A stretch of 64,000 bases of DNA, taken from assembly GCA_001029715.1 (NCBI GenBank), contig CP011212.1:398936-462935 (forward strand), written 5' to 3'. The position numbers and the translations under genes are program-made. Within the stretch, counting starts at the first letter, position 1; every line of letters begins with the position of its first letter. The notes beneath the pieces were generated by a model, which had not been told where the DNA came from, made no database searches, and was given only the letters and a program-made list of their open reading frames with translations. Positions 1 to 8,838 of the stretch are shown here, in pieces. Origin of the DNA: a candidate division TM6 bacterium GW2011_GWF2_28_16 (GTDB taxonomy: Bacteria; Patescibacteriota; Microgenomatia; UBA1400; PJMF01).

Positions 1-381
1 TTTAACCTTGTATTTAGCCTTATAAATATCATCATTTTTTTGACAAATACGCCAAAATTCCTGAGCCGCTACAATATGTTTTTGATCAGTGGTACGGATA
101 AAGTGGCTAAAAGACAGGTTGAGTAACTTTTCAAGATCTGTAAATTTACTAGCCCACTGATCACAATATTCTTGCACATCCATTTTTTGTTCCAAAGCTT
201 TTTGCCAGATCTTTTGACCATGTTCATCGGTACCAGTATTAAAAACTACCTCGTTGCCAAGAATTTCTTTTTGATAGCGAGCGATGACATCAGCCTCAAT
301 AATTTCCAAAGCAAAGCCAATGTGAGGCGCAGCGTTAACGTAAGGTAAAGTGGTAGTAATATAGAATTTCTTGTATTGCAT
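1..381 (-). CDS. metG: Methionyl-tRNA synthetase, N-terminal part (partial; C-terminal part lies beyond the window start)
   Basis: Minus-strand translation from ATG at 381: MQYKKFYITTTLPYVNAAPHIGFALE...FNTGTDEHGQKI. It carries the class I HIGH-type motif and the MetRS-typical TGTDEHGQKI block. The ORF is open to position 1. Confidence 0.8.
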   Translation of the reverse strand, partial: MQYKKFYITTTLPYVNAAPHIGFALEIIEADVIARYQKEILGNEVVFNTGTDEHGQKIWQKALEQKMDVQEYCDQWASKFTDLEKLLNLSFSHFIRTTDQKHIVAAQEFWRICQKNDDIYKAKYKVK

Positions 382-422
382 CGGGTCTATTATAGAAAAG
401 TCGAGGCAGAAAAGCCAGAGTT

Positions 423-830
423 CTATTTTTTTATTAGTTTTTTAACTTTTTCAAAGAAAGTTAAGCAAACTAAAGCTGAAGTAATTAGAAGAATAGTCAA
501 AAAACTTAGTAGATCAAAACTGATATTAACTATTTTAAAATAGAGCATTAGGTTGATAAAAAAGGCAATAATTAATCCAAGGTTTTTATTAAGCAATAGA
601 AAAGTAAAAAGAAAAAAGTTGGCAATGAAAGTTAGTAAAAAGAAAGGCAAATAACTATTTTTAAATATAAAATTTTGAATTTGACTTGGATAAATTTTAC
701 TAATCAGTAAGTAGAGTAAAAAATAAGCAATTAGGGCGATAAATAGACTCAAAATATAGTGAAGATGTTTCTTAAAAAAAAAATCCTTTTTAGGTTTAAG
801 TCTGGATCGCGCTTGGTTCTTTTCCATCAT
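423..830 (-). CDS. Hypothetical small polytopic membrane protein
   Basis: 135-aa ORF with four hydrophobic segments and a basic N-terminus. Divergent from rmuC. No recognisable motif. Confidence 0.35.
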   Translation of the reverse strand: MMEKNQARSRLKPKKDFFFKKHLHYILSLFIALIAYFLLYLLISKIYPSQIQNFIFKNSYLPFFLLTFIANFFLFTFLLLNKNLGLIIAFFINLMLYFKIVNISFDLLSFLTILLITSALVCLTFFEKVKKLIKK

Positions 831-852
831 TTTAGTATACTAAAATTTATAT

Positions 853-1992
853 ATGAGTAACACTACCCTTCTAATATTATGTTTGTTTTTGATTTCAATT
901 TTAGCGACTTTTTATTTTTTGCTAAAAAAACTTTTGTCAGAAAAAAATTCAGAGCAATCTAGTGAACAACTGGAAGATATGGTTCACAAAGTTTTTGGCA
1001 TGGCTTCTAATGAAATTGCTATTCAAAGTAAAGGTATCCTGCAAGGTGAGAAAGATTTAATCAAGAATGATCTCTCTAATAAACAAGCTGCGATTGAAAA
1101 GATGATAAAAGATTTACGTCAAGAAATGGGTGACCAACAAAGAGAAATTCGTGCTATTGAAAAAGATCAGATTGATAAAATTAGTGGAGTTAAAACAGCT
1201 GTTGAAGAGCATCGCCAATTAACCAAGGAACTAAAAATTTCTACAGAGCAACTGGCCAAAGTTTTATCCAATAATCAGACTCGTGGAGCCTGGGGTGAAC
1301 GCATTATTGAAGATTTGTTGCAGGCCAATGGCTTGCAAGAAGGCATTCATTATCTACGTCAAGCTAAATTGGGCGCTTCAGAAATGAAGCCAGATATTAC
1401 CCTGCTTTTACCAGACCATCGCAACGTGGCAGTTGACGTTAAATTCCCGTATCAAGAAGTTCAAAAGATGTCGATGACTGAGGATCAGAGTGAAAAACAA
1501 AGTCATGTTTTGCAATTTAAAAGAGATCTTAAAATTAAAGTAGACAAAGTAGCTACCTATATTTCTCCAGAAAACGATACTTTAGATTACGCAATTATGT
1601 TTGTGCCAAATGAAGCTCTGTTTTCCTTTATCAATCAAAAGTTCCCAGACGTTATTGATGAGGCTTTAGCTAAAAAAGTAATTATTTGTTCGCCTTTTAG
1701 TTTCTTAATTGTGGCTCGCACAGTGATGGAAAGTTATCGTAACTTTATGGTGGGTAAAAAAATCAAACAAGTTATCAAACACATTGATGCTTTTGCAGGA
1801 GAATGGTTAAAATTTGACGATGAATTTTCTAAGTTTGGACGTAGTATCGAAACTTTGCAAAAAAACTACGAAACTCTTTCAACCACGAGGAAAAGACAGA
1901 TGGAAAAGAAGATTCAAAAGATTGAACAGTATCGCGGTAGTTCAGTAGAATTATTGGAAGATGGTGAAAAAGTTAAACTTCTAGAAGATTAA
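853..1992 (+). CDS. rmuC: DNA recombination protein RmuC family
   Basis: N-terminal TM plus long coiled-coil region. GAWGERIIEDLL (GxWGE motif) and PDITLLLPDHRNVAVDVKFP block typical of the RmuC nuclease-like domain. Confidence 0.7.
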   Translation: MSNTTLLILCLFLISILATFYFLLKKLLSEKNSEQSSEQLEDMVHKVFGMASNEIAIQSKGILQGEKDLIKNDLSNKQAAIEKMIKDLRQEMGDQQREIRAIEKDQIDKISGVKTAVEEHRQLTKELKISTEQLAKVLSNNQTRGAWGERIIEDLLQANGLQEGIHYLRQAKLGASEMKPDITLLLPDHRNVAVDVKFPYQEVQKMSMTEDQSEKQSHVLQFKRDLKIKVDKVATYISPENDTLDYAIMFVPNEALFSFINQKFPDVIDEALAKKVIICSPFSFLIVARTVMESYRNFMVGKKIKQVIKHIDAFAGEWLKFDDEFSKFGRSIETLQKNYETLSTTRKRQMEKKIQKIEQYRGSSVELLEDGEKVKLLED

Positions 1993-3128
1993 TCGTTTAA
2001 ATATTTTTCAAAAAAGCTAAGATCTTTTTGGACAGCTTGATTCCAATTGGGTTGTAAATTGTGATTAGCGCCTGGATATTTGTAGAAGTCAATATTTATT
2101 ACTTCCTTTTTTACTTCTTCCGCACTTTGACTGGCATCTGCGTTTTGAGCGCTAGTTGTAGCTCTCAATTCATTTTCTAAATCTACTTTAGCCAAAAATT
2201 CTTCTGTCCAAGAAATTAAGGCTGAGTCATCAGCAGTGCCATGTTGGATTTGAATCGGTCCATTTAATTTGTCTAAATGTTTGGTCAGCGAAAAATCAAA
2301 AACATCGTAATCATCCTCAAAAAGTGAAACATATTTACGAGTCTCTTTACCCTCATCTCCATATTCGTCACTGAAATAAAGAATTGAATATGGGAAAGGC
2401 ACCAGAACTGGTGCCCAAAGAGTAGTAGGCAGATTGCTACCAAGAACTTCTAGAGTAGAGATTGCAATTTGTCCACCATTACTATGTCCCCAAATGCCGA
2501 TTTGACTTGTATCAACGCTAACTTTTTTAATTGTTAGTTCAGTAATTTGACTAAGATCTATTTCTGGAAATGTTTGAATTGTTTTAATGAGATCAACTGC
2601 ATTGACGACTTTAATAAATCTAGCTTCCCAAGTATCAGTTGGCTCGGGATCACTTTCACCAAAGCCAAGAAAATCTGGAGCTAAAGTGAGGTAGTCGTTT
2701 TCTGCAAAGACAGCAGCAACATTTTTAGTACCTTCTCCAGAGTAATATGTTTCTAGAGGAACATAACCTCTAATCATTATTATGGTTGGTTTTTTTGTGT
2801 TCTCATTATCTATTTTCAAATTAAGTGCACCGGAAATTTTTTTACCCTGACTTTGATAAGTAAAAAGTAGGGCATATGTTTGCGTGTCCAAATCTTTAGA
2901 GATAATTTTTTCAATTCTGATTGGTGATGATACTTTAAATTCTTGTTTGCTTAAATTTTCAAAAGAATATTTAAGCAGTGGCAATGGTTTTTCTGTTTTT
3001 ATTTGTTTAACAATACTTTTTGCCAGAGGAGTTGATTCATTTTTTAAATAAAAATAAGCGATTAAAAAAGAAAGACAGCTACTTATTATCAATAGTAAAC
3101 ATATGAAGATTATTTTTTTTGTTTTCAC
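1989..3128 (-). CDS. Secreted/membrane-anchored alpha/beta-hydrolase (esterase/peptidase S9-like)
   Basis: N-terminal signal/TM. GHSNGG nucleophile elbow (GxSxG), downstream Asp/His candidates. 379 aa. Confidence 0.7.
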   Translation of the reverse strand: MKTKKIIFICLLLIISSCLSFLIAYFYLKNESTPLAKSIVKQIKTEKPLPLLKYSFENLSKQEFKVSSPIRIEKIISKDLDTQTYALLFTYQSQGKKISGALNLKIDNENTKKPTIIMIRGYVPLETYYSGEGTKNVAAVFAENDYLTLAPDFLGFGESDPEPTDTWEARFIKVVNAVDLIKTIQTFPEIDLSQITELTIKKVSVDTSQIGIWGHSNGGQIAISTLEVLGSNLPTTLWAPVLVPFPYSILYFSDEYGDEGKETRKYVSLFEDDYDVFDFSLTKHLDKLNGPIQIQHGTADDSALISWTEEFLAKVDLENELRATTSAQNADASQSAEEVKKEVINIDFYKYPGANHNLQPNWNQAVQKDLSFFEKYLND

Positions 3129-3174
3129 TCAGCAAATTATAGCAGTCTTGCTAACTTTTCTTCAAAATTGATGC

Positions 3175-3203
3175 TTGCTAAAATACCAGATCATATTTAA
3201 AAT
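3175..3203 (+). promoter_or_regulatory. Candidate sigma70-type promoter (TTGCTA-N17-TAAAAT) driving a short transcript
   Basis: TTGCTA at 3175-3180 and TAAAAT at 3198-3203, with a 17-nt spacer, in otherwise non-coding DNA. Confidence 0.35.
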
Positions 3204-3314
3204 CTTTCAACATGTCGTTAATTACAAATTACTCCCATTTTTTCTTGGTCATTTTGCGCAAGAACGTTGCGGGGTAATCTTGTTGCATTAAAACAGATAA
3301 AAAACAAGAACAAG

Positions 3315-3340
3315 CCCCGCCTTAAGAAGCGGGTTTTTTT
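3315..3340 (+). terminator. Rho-independent terminator (CCCCGC-loop-GCGGG followed by T7)
   Basis: GC stem 3315-3320/3329-3333, 8-nt loop, TTTTTTT 3334-3340. Together with the upstream promoter it delimits a ~130-nt transcript. Confidence 0.55.
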
Positions 3341-3476
3341 GTATTTTTGATCTTTAACATTAACTAAGGGCTACTTTAGTCTTCAATTATTTGAAAGTTA
3401 AGGTAACCCTTTGTGGCTAGAGCAAATCAGCGCTCTAGTTTCGAAGGGAAAATTTTTCATGGTGGAGGAGAAAACA

Positions 3477-3590
3477 ATGGCAATAGGCAAGGGTAAGCAA
3501 AAAAAGTCTTCCGAACATTTGCCGAGATGCCCCCTTTGTGGGGGAAAACACAGGGCAAAATATTGTCCAAGAAAGCAAAAACCCTCTTAA
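3477..3590 (+). CDS. Tiny basic zinc-knuckle-like protein (37 aa), hypothetical
   Basis: ATG preceded by GGAGGAG 8 nt upstream. MAIGKGKQKKSSEHLPRCPLCGGKHRAKYCPRKQKPS with C-x2-C-x3-H-x4-C. Followed 6 nt later by a perfect 11-bp hairpin. Confidence 0.35.
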   Translation: MAIGKGKQKKSSEHLPRCPLCGGKHRAKYCPRKQKPS

Positions 3591-3596
3591 CCAAAG

Positions 3597-3622
3597 CCTC
3601 CGGTCCAGTAATGGACCGGAGG
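3597..3622 (+). other. Perfect 11-bp GC-rich hairpin (CCTCCGGTCCA-GTAAT-TGGACCGGAGG)
   Basis: Read directly from sequence. Lies immediately after the 37-aa ORF; the following 16 nt are AT-rich with TTTATTTT. Confidence 0.55.
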
Positions 3623-3754
3623 CAACAACATTTATTTTGACCAGGATCCTTAATTTTTAAATATTTGAAATTTAAGAATCCTCGTTTTTTTTCTAGAGCT
3701 AGCGCAAAGCGCGCCAATCTTTGGAAAGAGGAAATCTTTTTGGGAGGGTCGTCG

Positions 3755-3811
3755 ATGAAGAAAGATAAGAAGAAGAAAAAAGGACATCGTAATAAAAAAG
3801 GCAACAAGTAG
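3755..3811 (+). CDS. Tiny poly-lysine peptide ORF (18 aa), hypothetical leader or micro-protein
   Basis: ATG preceded by GGGAGGG 7 nt upstream. MKKDKKKKKGHRNKKGNK encoded by an AAG/AAA run. Followed by a perfect 9-bp hairpin. Confidence 0.3.
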   Translation: MKKDKKKKKGHRNKKGNK

Positions 3812-3840
3812 TCGCCTTTAGGTGTCCAACCCTCAATCTT

Positions 3841-3866
3841 TGGTGGCGCCATTTATTTGGCGCCAC
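3841..3866 (+). other. Perfect 9-bp GC hairpin (GGTGGCGCC-ATTTATTT-GGCGCCACC)
   Basis: Read directly from sequence. Lies 30 nt downstream of the 18-aa ORF and ~70 nt upstream of the aspS start. Confidence 0.55.
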
Positions 3867-3934
3867 CAAAATCTTTCCCTTCCTATATTATCTAAAACCT
3901 CTTTTTCAAATTTCGGTTATAATAACTCTTACCT

Positions 3935-5356
3935 ATGCAAAGAACTCTCGTTATTGATTCCTTAGAAAAAGTTGGTCAAACTGTTCGCCTCTGTGGTTGG
4001 GTGGATAGCAAGCGTGATCACGGTAAAGTTACTTTCATTGATTTAAGAGATCGTACTGGCAAGATCCAGGCCGTTGGTATTGGTGGCAAATTGAGTGAGT
4101 TAAGCAATGAGTCAGTTGTTGAAATCACTGGACCAATCAATACTCGTGGCGAAAAAATGGTCAACCCAAATTTGCCAACTGGCTCCATAGAGATTTTTGT
4201 TGAAGATTATAAGGTTCTCAATAAGGCAGCTGAGCTACCAATTCTTGTGGAAGGTGATGGTCGTGATGTTAATGAAGAGATGCGTCTTAAGTATCGCTAT
4301 TTAGATTTGCGTCGTGAGAGAATGCAAAAAATTGTGCGCTTGCGCTCTAAATTTTATCAAGCTCTTCGTGAGCAATTAGAGAAAAAAGATTTTACCGAAG
4401 TTGAAACTCCAATGTTGACCAAATCAACTAAGGAAGGAGCTCGTGATTTCATCGTGCCTTCTCGTTTTAATCCTGGTAAATTTTATGCTCTTCCGCAAAG
4501 TCCTCAACAATATAAACAATTATTGATGACGGCTGGTGTTGAGAATTATTATCAATTTGCTCGTTGTATTCGCGATGAAGATTTACGTGCTGATCGCGGT
4601 TTTGAATTTACTCAGCTTGATCTCGAAATGAGTTTTGTGACTCAACAAGAAGTAATGGATAATGTCGAAGAAATTGTCAAAAATGCTGTCAAAAAAGTTG
4701 GCGCCAAACTCAAAGATGAAGTTTTTCCAGTTATTCCTTACAAAGAAGCAATTGAAAAATATGGTGCCGATAAATTTGATTTGCGCAGTGAGGAAGAAAA
4801 AAAAGAAAATGTTTTAGCTTTTGCTTGGGTGGTTAGTTTCCCATTCTTTAAAAAAGTTGATAAAAAAGACATTGCTGAAGTGCGCGATGGTAAGAGTGGT
4901 TGGACTTTCACTCATAATCCTTTTTCGAGTCCAATTCCAGAATCTATGGAAGATCATAAGAATGCTGAAAATATCGAAAATATTATTACCGCTCAGTATG
5001 ACTTGGTCTGTAATGGTTACGAAGCAGGTGGCGGCAGTATTAGAGCTCATGATCCAGAAGTTCTTAAAAAGACCTTTGAAATCATGGGTTATAGTGATCA
5101 GGAGATTGAAGCCAGTGTGGGCCATATGTTGGAAGCTTTTAAATTGGGCACTCCTCCCCATGGTGGAATTGCTTTAGGACTAGATCGCTTAGTAATGCTT
5201 TTGGCAGGAGAGAATTCACTCAAAGAAACCATTGCTTTCCCAATGAGTTCTTCTGGCAAGACCTCTATCATGGACGCACCAAGCGAAGTTTCTGATGAAC
5301 AACTCAAAGAGTTAGGTATTCTAATCGCTCCTAATTTAGCTACAATGAAAAAGTGA
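3935..5356 (+). CDS. aspS: Aspartyl-tRNA synthetase, bacterial-type core but lacking the GAD insertion domain (473 aa)
   Basis: QSPQQYKQLLM block, CIRDEDLRADRGFEFTQLDLEM (motif 2 region) and GLDRLVMLL (motif 3). A TATAAT box sits 12 nt upstream of the ATG, suggesting a leaderless or near-leaderless mRNA. Confidence 0.8.
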   Translation: MQRTLVIDSLEKVGQTVRLCGWVDSKRDHGKVTFIDLRDRTGKIQAVGIGGKLSELSNESVVEITGPINTRGEKMVNPNLPTGSIEIFVEDYKVLNKAAELPILVEGDGRDVNEEMRLKYRYLDLRRERMQKIVRLRSKFYQALREQLEKKDFTEVETPMLTKSTKEGARDFIVPSRFNPGKFYALPQSPQQYKQLLMTAGVENYYQFARCIRDEDLRADRGFEFTQLDLEMSFVTQQEVMDNVEEIVKNAVKKVGAKLKDEVFPVIPYKEAIEKYGADKFDLRSEEEKKENVLAFAWVVSFPFFKKVDKKDIAEVRDGKSGWTFTHNPFSSPIPESMEDHKNAENIENIITAQYDLVCNGYEAGGGSIRAHDPEVLKKTFEIMGYSDQEIEASVGHMLEAFKLGTPPHGGIALGLDRLVMLLAGENSLKETIAFPMSSSGKTSIMDAPSEVSDEQLKELGILIAPNLATMKK

Positions 5357-6252
5357 GAAAATCATCTCTGCTTTTATTGCTACTATTTTTTCTTTCTTTG
5401 CTTAGCTTAGTCTATTTTTATTTTTTTTATCCACAAAAAATAGTTAAAAAAGTTGAATTAGAACTTTTTAGTTTAGAAAATGTACCAGTACTTAGAAATA
5501 AAAGTTTTTTTAATGACGATCTTAATCTAAGTGCTATTTCCGCTTATGCACTAGATTTATCGTCAATGACAGTACTTTATGAAAAAAATAGCCAACAAGT
5601 TCTTTATCCAGCCTCAACGAGTAAAATGATGACCGCTTTGGTTGCTTTAGACACTTTTAATTTAGAAGATGAATTAATGGTTGCTAAAGAGGCCACTGTA
5701 TCTGGCAATAAATTAAGTCTTAAAGAAGGCCAGCTAATTAGGGTTAAAGATTTATTGGCAGCAATGTTGATTTTTTCTGCTAATGATAGCGCTTATGTTT
5801 TAGCGGATAGAGATCCTGAAGGTTTTAGTGGCTTTATAGCTAAAATGAACCAAAAAGCCTCTAGCTTGGGTTTATCAGAAACTCACTTTGTTAATCCAGC
5901 TGGACTTGATGAAGCAGGACAGGATGCTACGGCCAGGGATTTAACAGTCATTGCTCAAGAATTACTCAAAAACAAGCAGCTTAAAGAGCTGGTTGCGATG
6001 CCTTACAAAAAAATAGAAGGAGAAGGTTGGTCTTATGATTTGTATAATAGCAACCAGCTGCTTGGTCAAATTCAAGGCATTTTAGGAGTTAAAACTGGTA
6101 CGACTGAGCTAGCGGGTGAAGTTTTAGTAACGTTAATAGAGAGAGATGGTCATCAAATCTTGATTACTTTAATGAATAGTCAGGATCGTTATCAAGATAC
6201 AAGTAGGTTAATAGCGTGGATACTTAATAATTACGAGTGGAAAAAACTCTAA
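5353..6252 (+). CDS. dacA: D-alanyl-D-alanine carboxypeptidase (peptidase S11, PBP5/6-like)
   Basis: N-terminal TM. SxxK (ASTSKMMT), SxN (FSANDSA) and KTG (KTGTT) motifs in the right order. Confidence 0.8.
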   Translation: MRKSSLLLLLLFFLSLLSLVYFYFFYPQKIVKKVELELFSLENVPVLRNKSFFNDDLNLSAISAYALDLSSMTVLYEKNSQQVLYPASTSKMMTALVALDTFNLEDELMVAKEATVSGNKLSLKEGQLIRVKDLLAAMLIFSANDSAYVLADRDPEGFSGFIAKMNQKASSLGLSETHFVNPAGLDEAGQDATARDLTVIAQELLKNKQLKELVAMPYKKIEGEGWSYDLYNSNQLLGQIQGILGVKTGTTELAGEVLVTLIERDGHQILITLMNSQDRYQDTSRLIAWILNNYEWKKL

Positions 6253-6273
6253 GAAACCAGTTAGAATAAGCTT

Positions 6274-7368
6274 ATGTCTACTTCAAATTCTGGAAGTTCT
6301 GGTCCTAATCTGACTAATATTAATTATGCCGGTCGTTTACTTGTTAAATATGGCATCGCTTTTTTAATTTTTTTAATGGTCGGTCGAGTTTTATTAAATG
6401 CTTTTGTTAATTATTGGAAAGCAACTCATCCAGATCCACCGCCAGCCCCAACAGTTGGCTTTGGAACTTTGCCTAATCCAGCTTTTCCTGTTCAAACAGA
6501 AGAGGATAAGCCACAGTCTTATAGTCTAGAAATGGTTTATGGTGTTCAAGAAATTACCGATAGAAGCAAGGTCTTTCTAGTTACAAAGTCTGTTGCAAGT
6601 TTACTTTCCGACTCTCAGATCAAGTCGATGGCTGCTAACTATGGTTTTATTTTTACGCCAGAAATAATTGATGGAAAGATTTACCGTTTTACCAAAAACA
6701 CACCTCTAGATATGAGTTTAGAAATCAGTTCAGTAGATTTTACTTTTGAAATGAAAAGCAATTTCTTATCAAGGCCAGACTTGTTGAGTAATGAGTCTAA
6801 ATTGCCAGAAGAATTTGAAGCAGTTGCCCGAGTTAAGAAATTTATTGAATCAGCTGACTTAATGGGTAGCGATGTTGCCACTGCTTCTGGTCAAGTAACT
6901 TTTCTTAAATCAATTGGCGGTGAATTAAAAACAGCCTTTTCTCTTTCTGAAGCTGACTTTTTACAAGTTGATATAAATCGTAACCCAATTGACCAGCTTT
7001 ATAATGTTTATACCGATGAGGGTAAAAAAGGAATCATTTCAGCCAAGCTTAGTTCTGCCTTTACCTCCAACAATTCAATTGTAGAAATGGATTATCATTA
7101 TCGACAAGTTGACTATCTTAATTTTGAAACCTATCCATTGAGGACTGCTAAGTCAGCCTGGAATTTAGTTCAGGCAGGCGATGCTTATGTAATTAATGGC
7201 AAGGGTATTAAAGATGTTATTGTTAGAGAGCTTGAATTGGCTTATTACGATAGTTTTGATGAGCAGAAATATTTACAGCCAATCTATGTATTTAAGGGAG
7301 ATAATGATTTTATGGCTTTTGTTCCAGCAGTTAGTGCTAATTATTTAAATAGGTCTCAAACTGAATAA
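6274..7368 (+). CDS. Hypothetical membrane-anchored extracytoplasmic protein
   Basis: 364 aa. One N-terminal TM after a Ser-rich start and a Pro-rich linker. No known motif. Lies directly downstream of dacA. Confidence 0.5.
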   Translation: MSTSNSGSSGPNLTNINYAGRLLVKYGIAFLIFLMVGRVLLNAFVNYWKATHPDPPPAPTVGFGTLPNPAFPVQTEEDKPQSYSLEMVYGVQEITDRSKVFLVTKSVASLLSDSQIKSMAANYGFIFTPEIIDGKIYRFTKNTPLDMSLEISSVDFTFEMKSNFLSRPDLLSNESKLPEEFEAVARVKKFIESADLMGSDVATASGQVTFLKSIGGELKTAFSLSEADFLQVDINRNPIDQLYNVYTDEGKKGIISAKLSSAFTSNNSIVEMDYHYRQVDYLNFETYPLRTAKSAWNLVQAGDAYVINGKGIKDVIVRELELAYYDSFDEQKYLQPIYVFKGDNDFMAFVPAVSANYLNRSQTE

Positions 7369-7397
7369 GAAATTAAAGTGATAGAATAACGATCAAT

Positions 7398-8834
7398 ATG
7401 ACTCAAGTTCGTACCAGAATGGCCCCTAGTCCTACCGGAGAAATGCATGTCGGTAGTATGGCTACTTTACTTAAAAACTACGCTTTTGCTAAAAAGTATG
7501 GTGGACAATTTATTTTACGCATTGAAGATACTGACAAGGTAAGAGAGGTTGAGGGCGGTGTAGCTGCTATTCAAGAAATTATTCACAGATATGGTTTAGA
7601 TTGGGATGAAGGTCCAGGTAAAGGTGGCGAATTTGGTCCTTATATTCAGTCAGAGAGATTGGGTATCTATAAAGAAAAAGTACAAGATTTGTTAGAGAAA
7701 GATAAAGCTTACTACTGTTTTTGTTCTAAAGAACGTTTAGCGAGTGTTAAAGAAGAGCAGATGGCTAATAAACAGGCGCCTCATTACGATCGCCATTGCA
7801 GAAGTCTTTCCAAAGAAGATGCTCAAAAAAGAGTGGCGGCTGGCGAAGAGTACGTGATTCGTTTGAAAGTTCCTGAAGATCAGGAAATTAGTTTTACTGA
7901 CTTATTGCGTGGCGAGATCACTTTCAATTCAAATTTAATTGACGACCAAGTTTTGTTGAAGTCAGATGGTTATCCAACCTATCACTTGGCAGTGGTAATT
8001 GATGATAATTTAATGAAAATTAGCCATATTATGCGCGGTGAAGAATGGATTAGTTCTACCCCAAAGCACGTTTTGCTTTATCAAGCTTTTGGTTGGAGCG
8101 TCCCTGTTTTTGCTCATATTCCATTGTTTTTAAACCCTGATGGTAAAGGCAAAATGAGCAAACGCAAGGGTACAGTTTCTGCAGCTTCTTTTTTGGAGAA
8201 AGGTTATCTCCCAGAAGCAATGTTGAACTTTTTTATGATTCTCGGTTGGGCTAAAAAAGATCAAGAAGAAATTATTAGTCTCGATGAATATATTCAAGAA
8301 TTTGAGCCAAGTGATTTAAGCAGTAATAGTGTTGCTTTTGATCTTAAAAAATTAGATTGGCTCAATGGAGTCTATATTCGTAAATTAAGTTTTGGACAAC
8401 TTAAAGAAAAGATCAAGCCTTTTATAGCTCGAGAATTCCCTGCAGAGAAAATTGATCAAGTTTTACCCTTAATTCAAGAGCGTTTGGTGACTTTGGCAGA
8501 TTTTAATCAGCTAACTAAGTTTTTCTATTCTAAAATTAATTATGAAGCAGATTTGTTGCTTAAAAAGGCTGATTCAAAAGAATTAGTTGTAGAAGAGCTA
8601 AAACAGACGATTGAACTTTTAGAATCTTTATCAATTTGGTCGCTTCACAATTTAGAAGAAGGAATCAGAGGATTGCAAGAAAAAAAAGATTGGCATAGAG
8701 GTCAATTTTTCATGATGTTACGTATTGCTGTAACTGGTGAGAAAGCTACTCCGCCTCTTTTTGAAACAATGATGGTAATAGGTAAAGAATTAGTTATCTT
8801 TCGCTTGAAAGAAGCAATTAATAAGTTAGCTTAA
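7398..8834 (+). CDS. gltX: Glutamyl-tRNA synthetase
   Basis: PSPTGEMHVGS (HIGH-type motif) and KMSKR (KMSKS motif). 478 aa. Confidence 0.9.
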   Translation: MTQVRTRMAPSPTGEMHVGSMATLLKNYAFAKKYGGQFILRIEDTDKVREVEGGVAAIQEIIHRYGLDWDEGPGKGGEFGPYIQSERLGIYKEKVQDLLEKDKAYYCFCSKERLASVKEEQMANKQAPHYDRHCRSLSKEDAQKRVAAGEEYVIRLKVPEDQEISFTDLLRGEITFNSNLIDDQVLLKSDGYPTYHLAVVIDDNLMKISHIMRGEEWISSTPKHVLLYQAFGWSVPVFAHIPLFLNPDGKGKMSKRKGTVSAASFLEKGYLPEAMLNFFMILGWAKKDQEEIISLDEYIQEFEPSDLSSNSVAFDLKKLDWLNGVYIRKLSFGQLKEKIKPFIAREFPAEKIDQVLPLIQERLVTLADFNQLTKFFYSKINYEADLLLKKADSKELVVEELKQTIELLESLSIWSLHNLEEGIRGLQEKKDWHRGQFFMMLRIAVTGEKATPPLFETMMVIGKELVIFRLKEAINKLA

Positions 8835-8838
8835 AGAT

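Noticed and set aside
3457-3852. 131-aa minus-strand ORF spanning the aspS upstream gap
   Set aside because: Its translation is low-complexity (PFFFFLSFF, CCCL, PPP). It runs antisense through the two SD-preceded micro-ORFs and both perfect hairpins, and has no start context. It is most likely a chance ORF in non-coding DNA.
3841-3866. Possible T-box or tRNA-like 3' end (GGCGCCACCA) upstream of aspS
   Set aside because: The element is a perfect palindrome. It lacks the T-box consensus (AGGGUGGNACCGCG), a specifier-loop context and any tRNA/tmRNA T-arm, so I treat it as a simple hairpin.
4814-5307. Three overlapping ORFs (4814-5161 minus, 4821-5177 plus, 5098-5307 minus) inside aspS
   Set aside because: They are fully embedded in the well-supported aspS frame and show no motifs. 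They are shadow ORFs.
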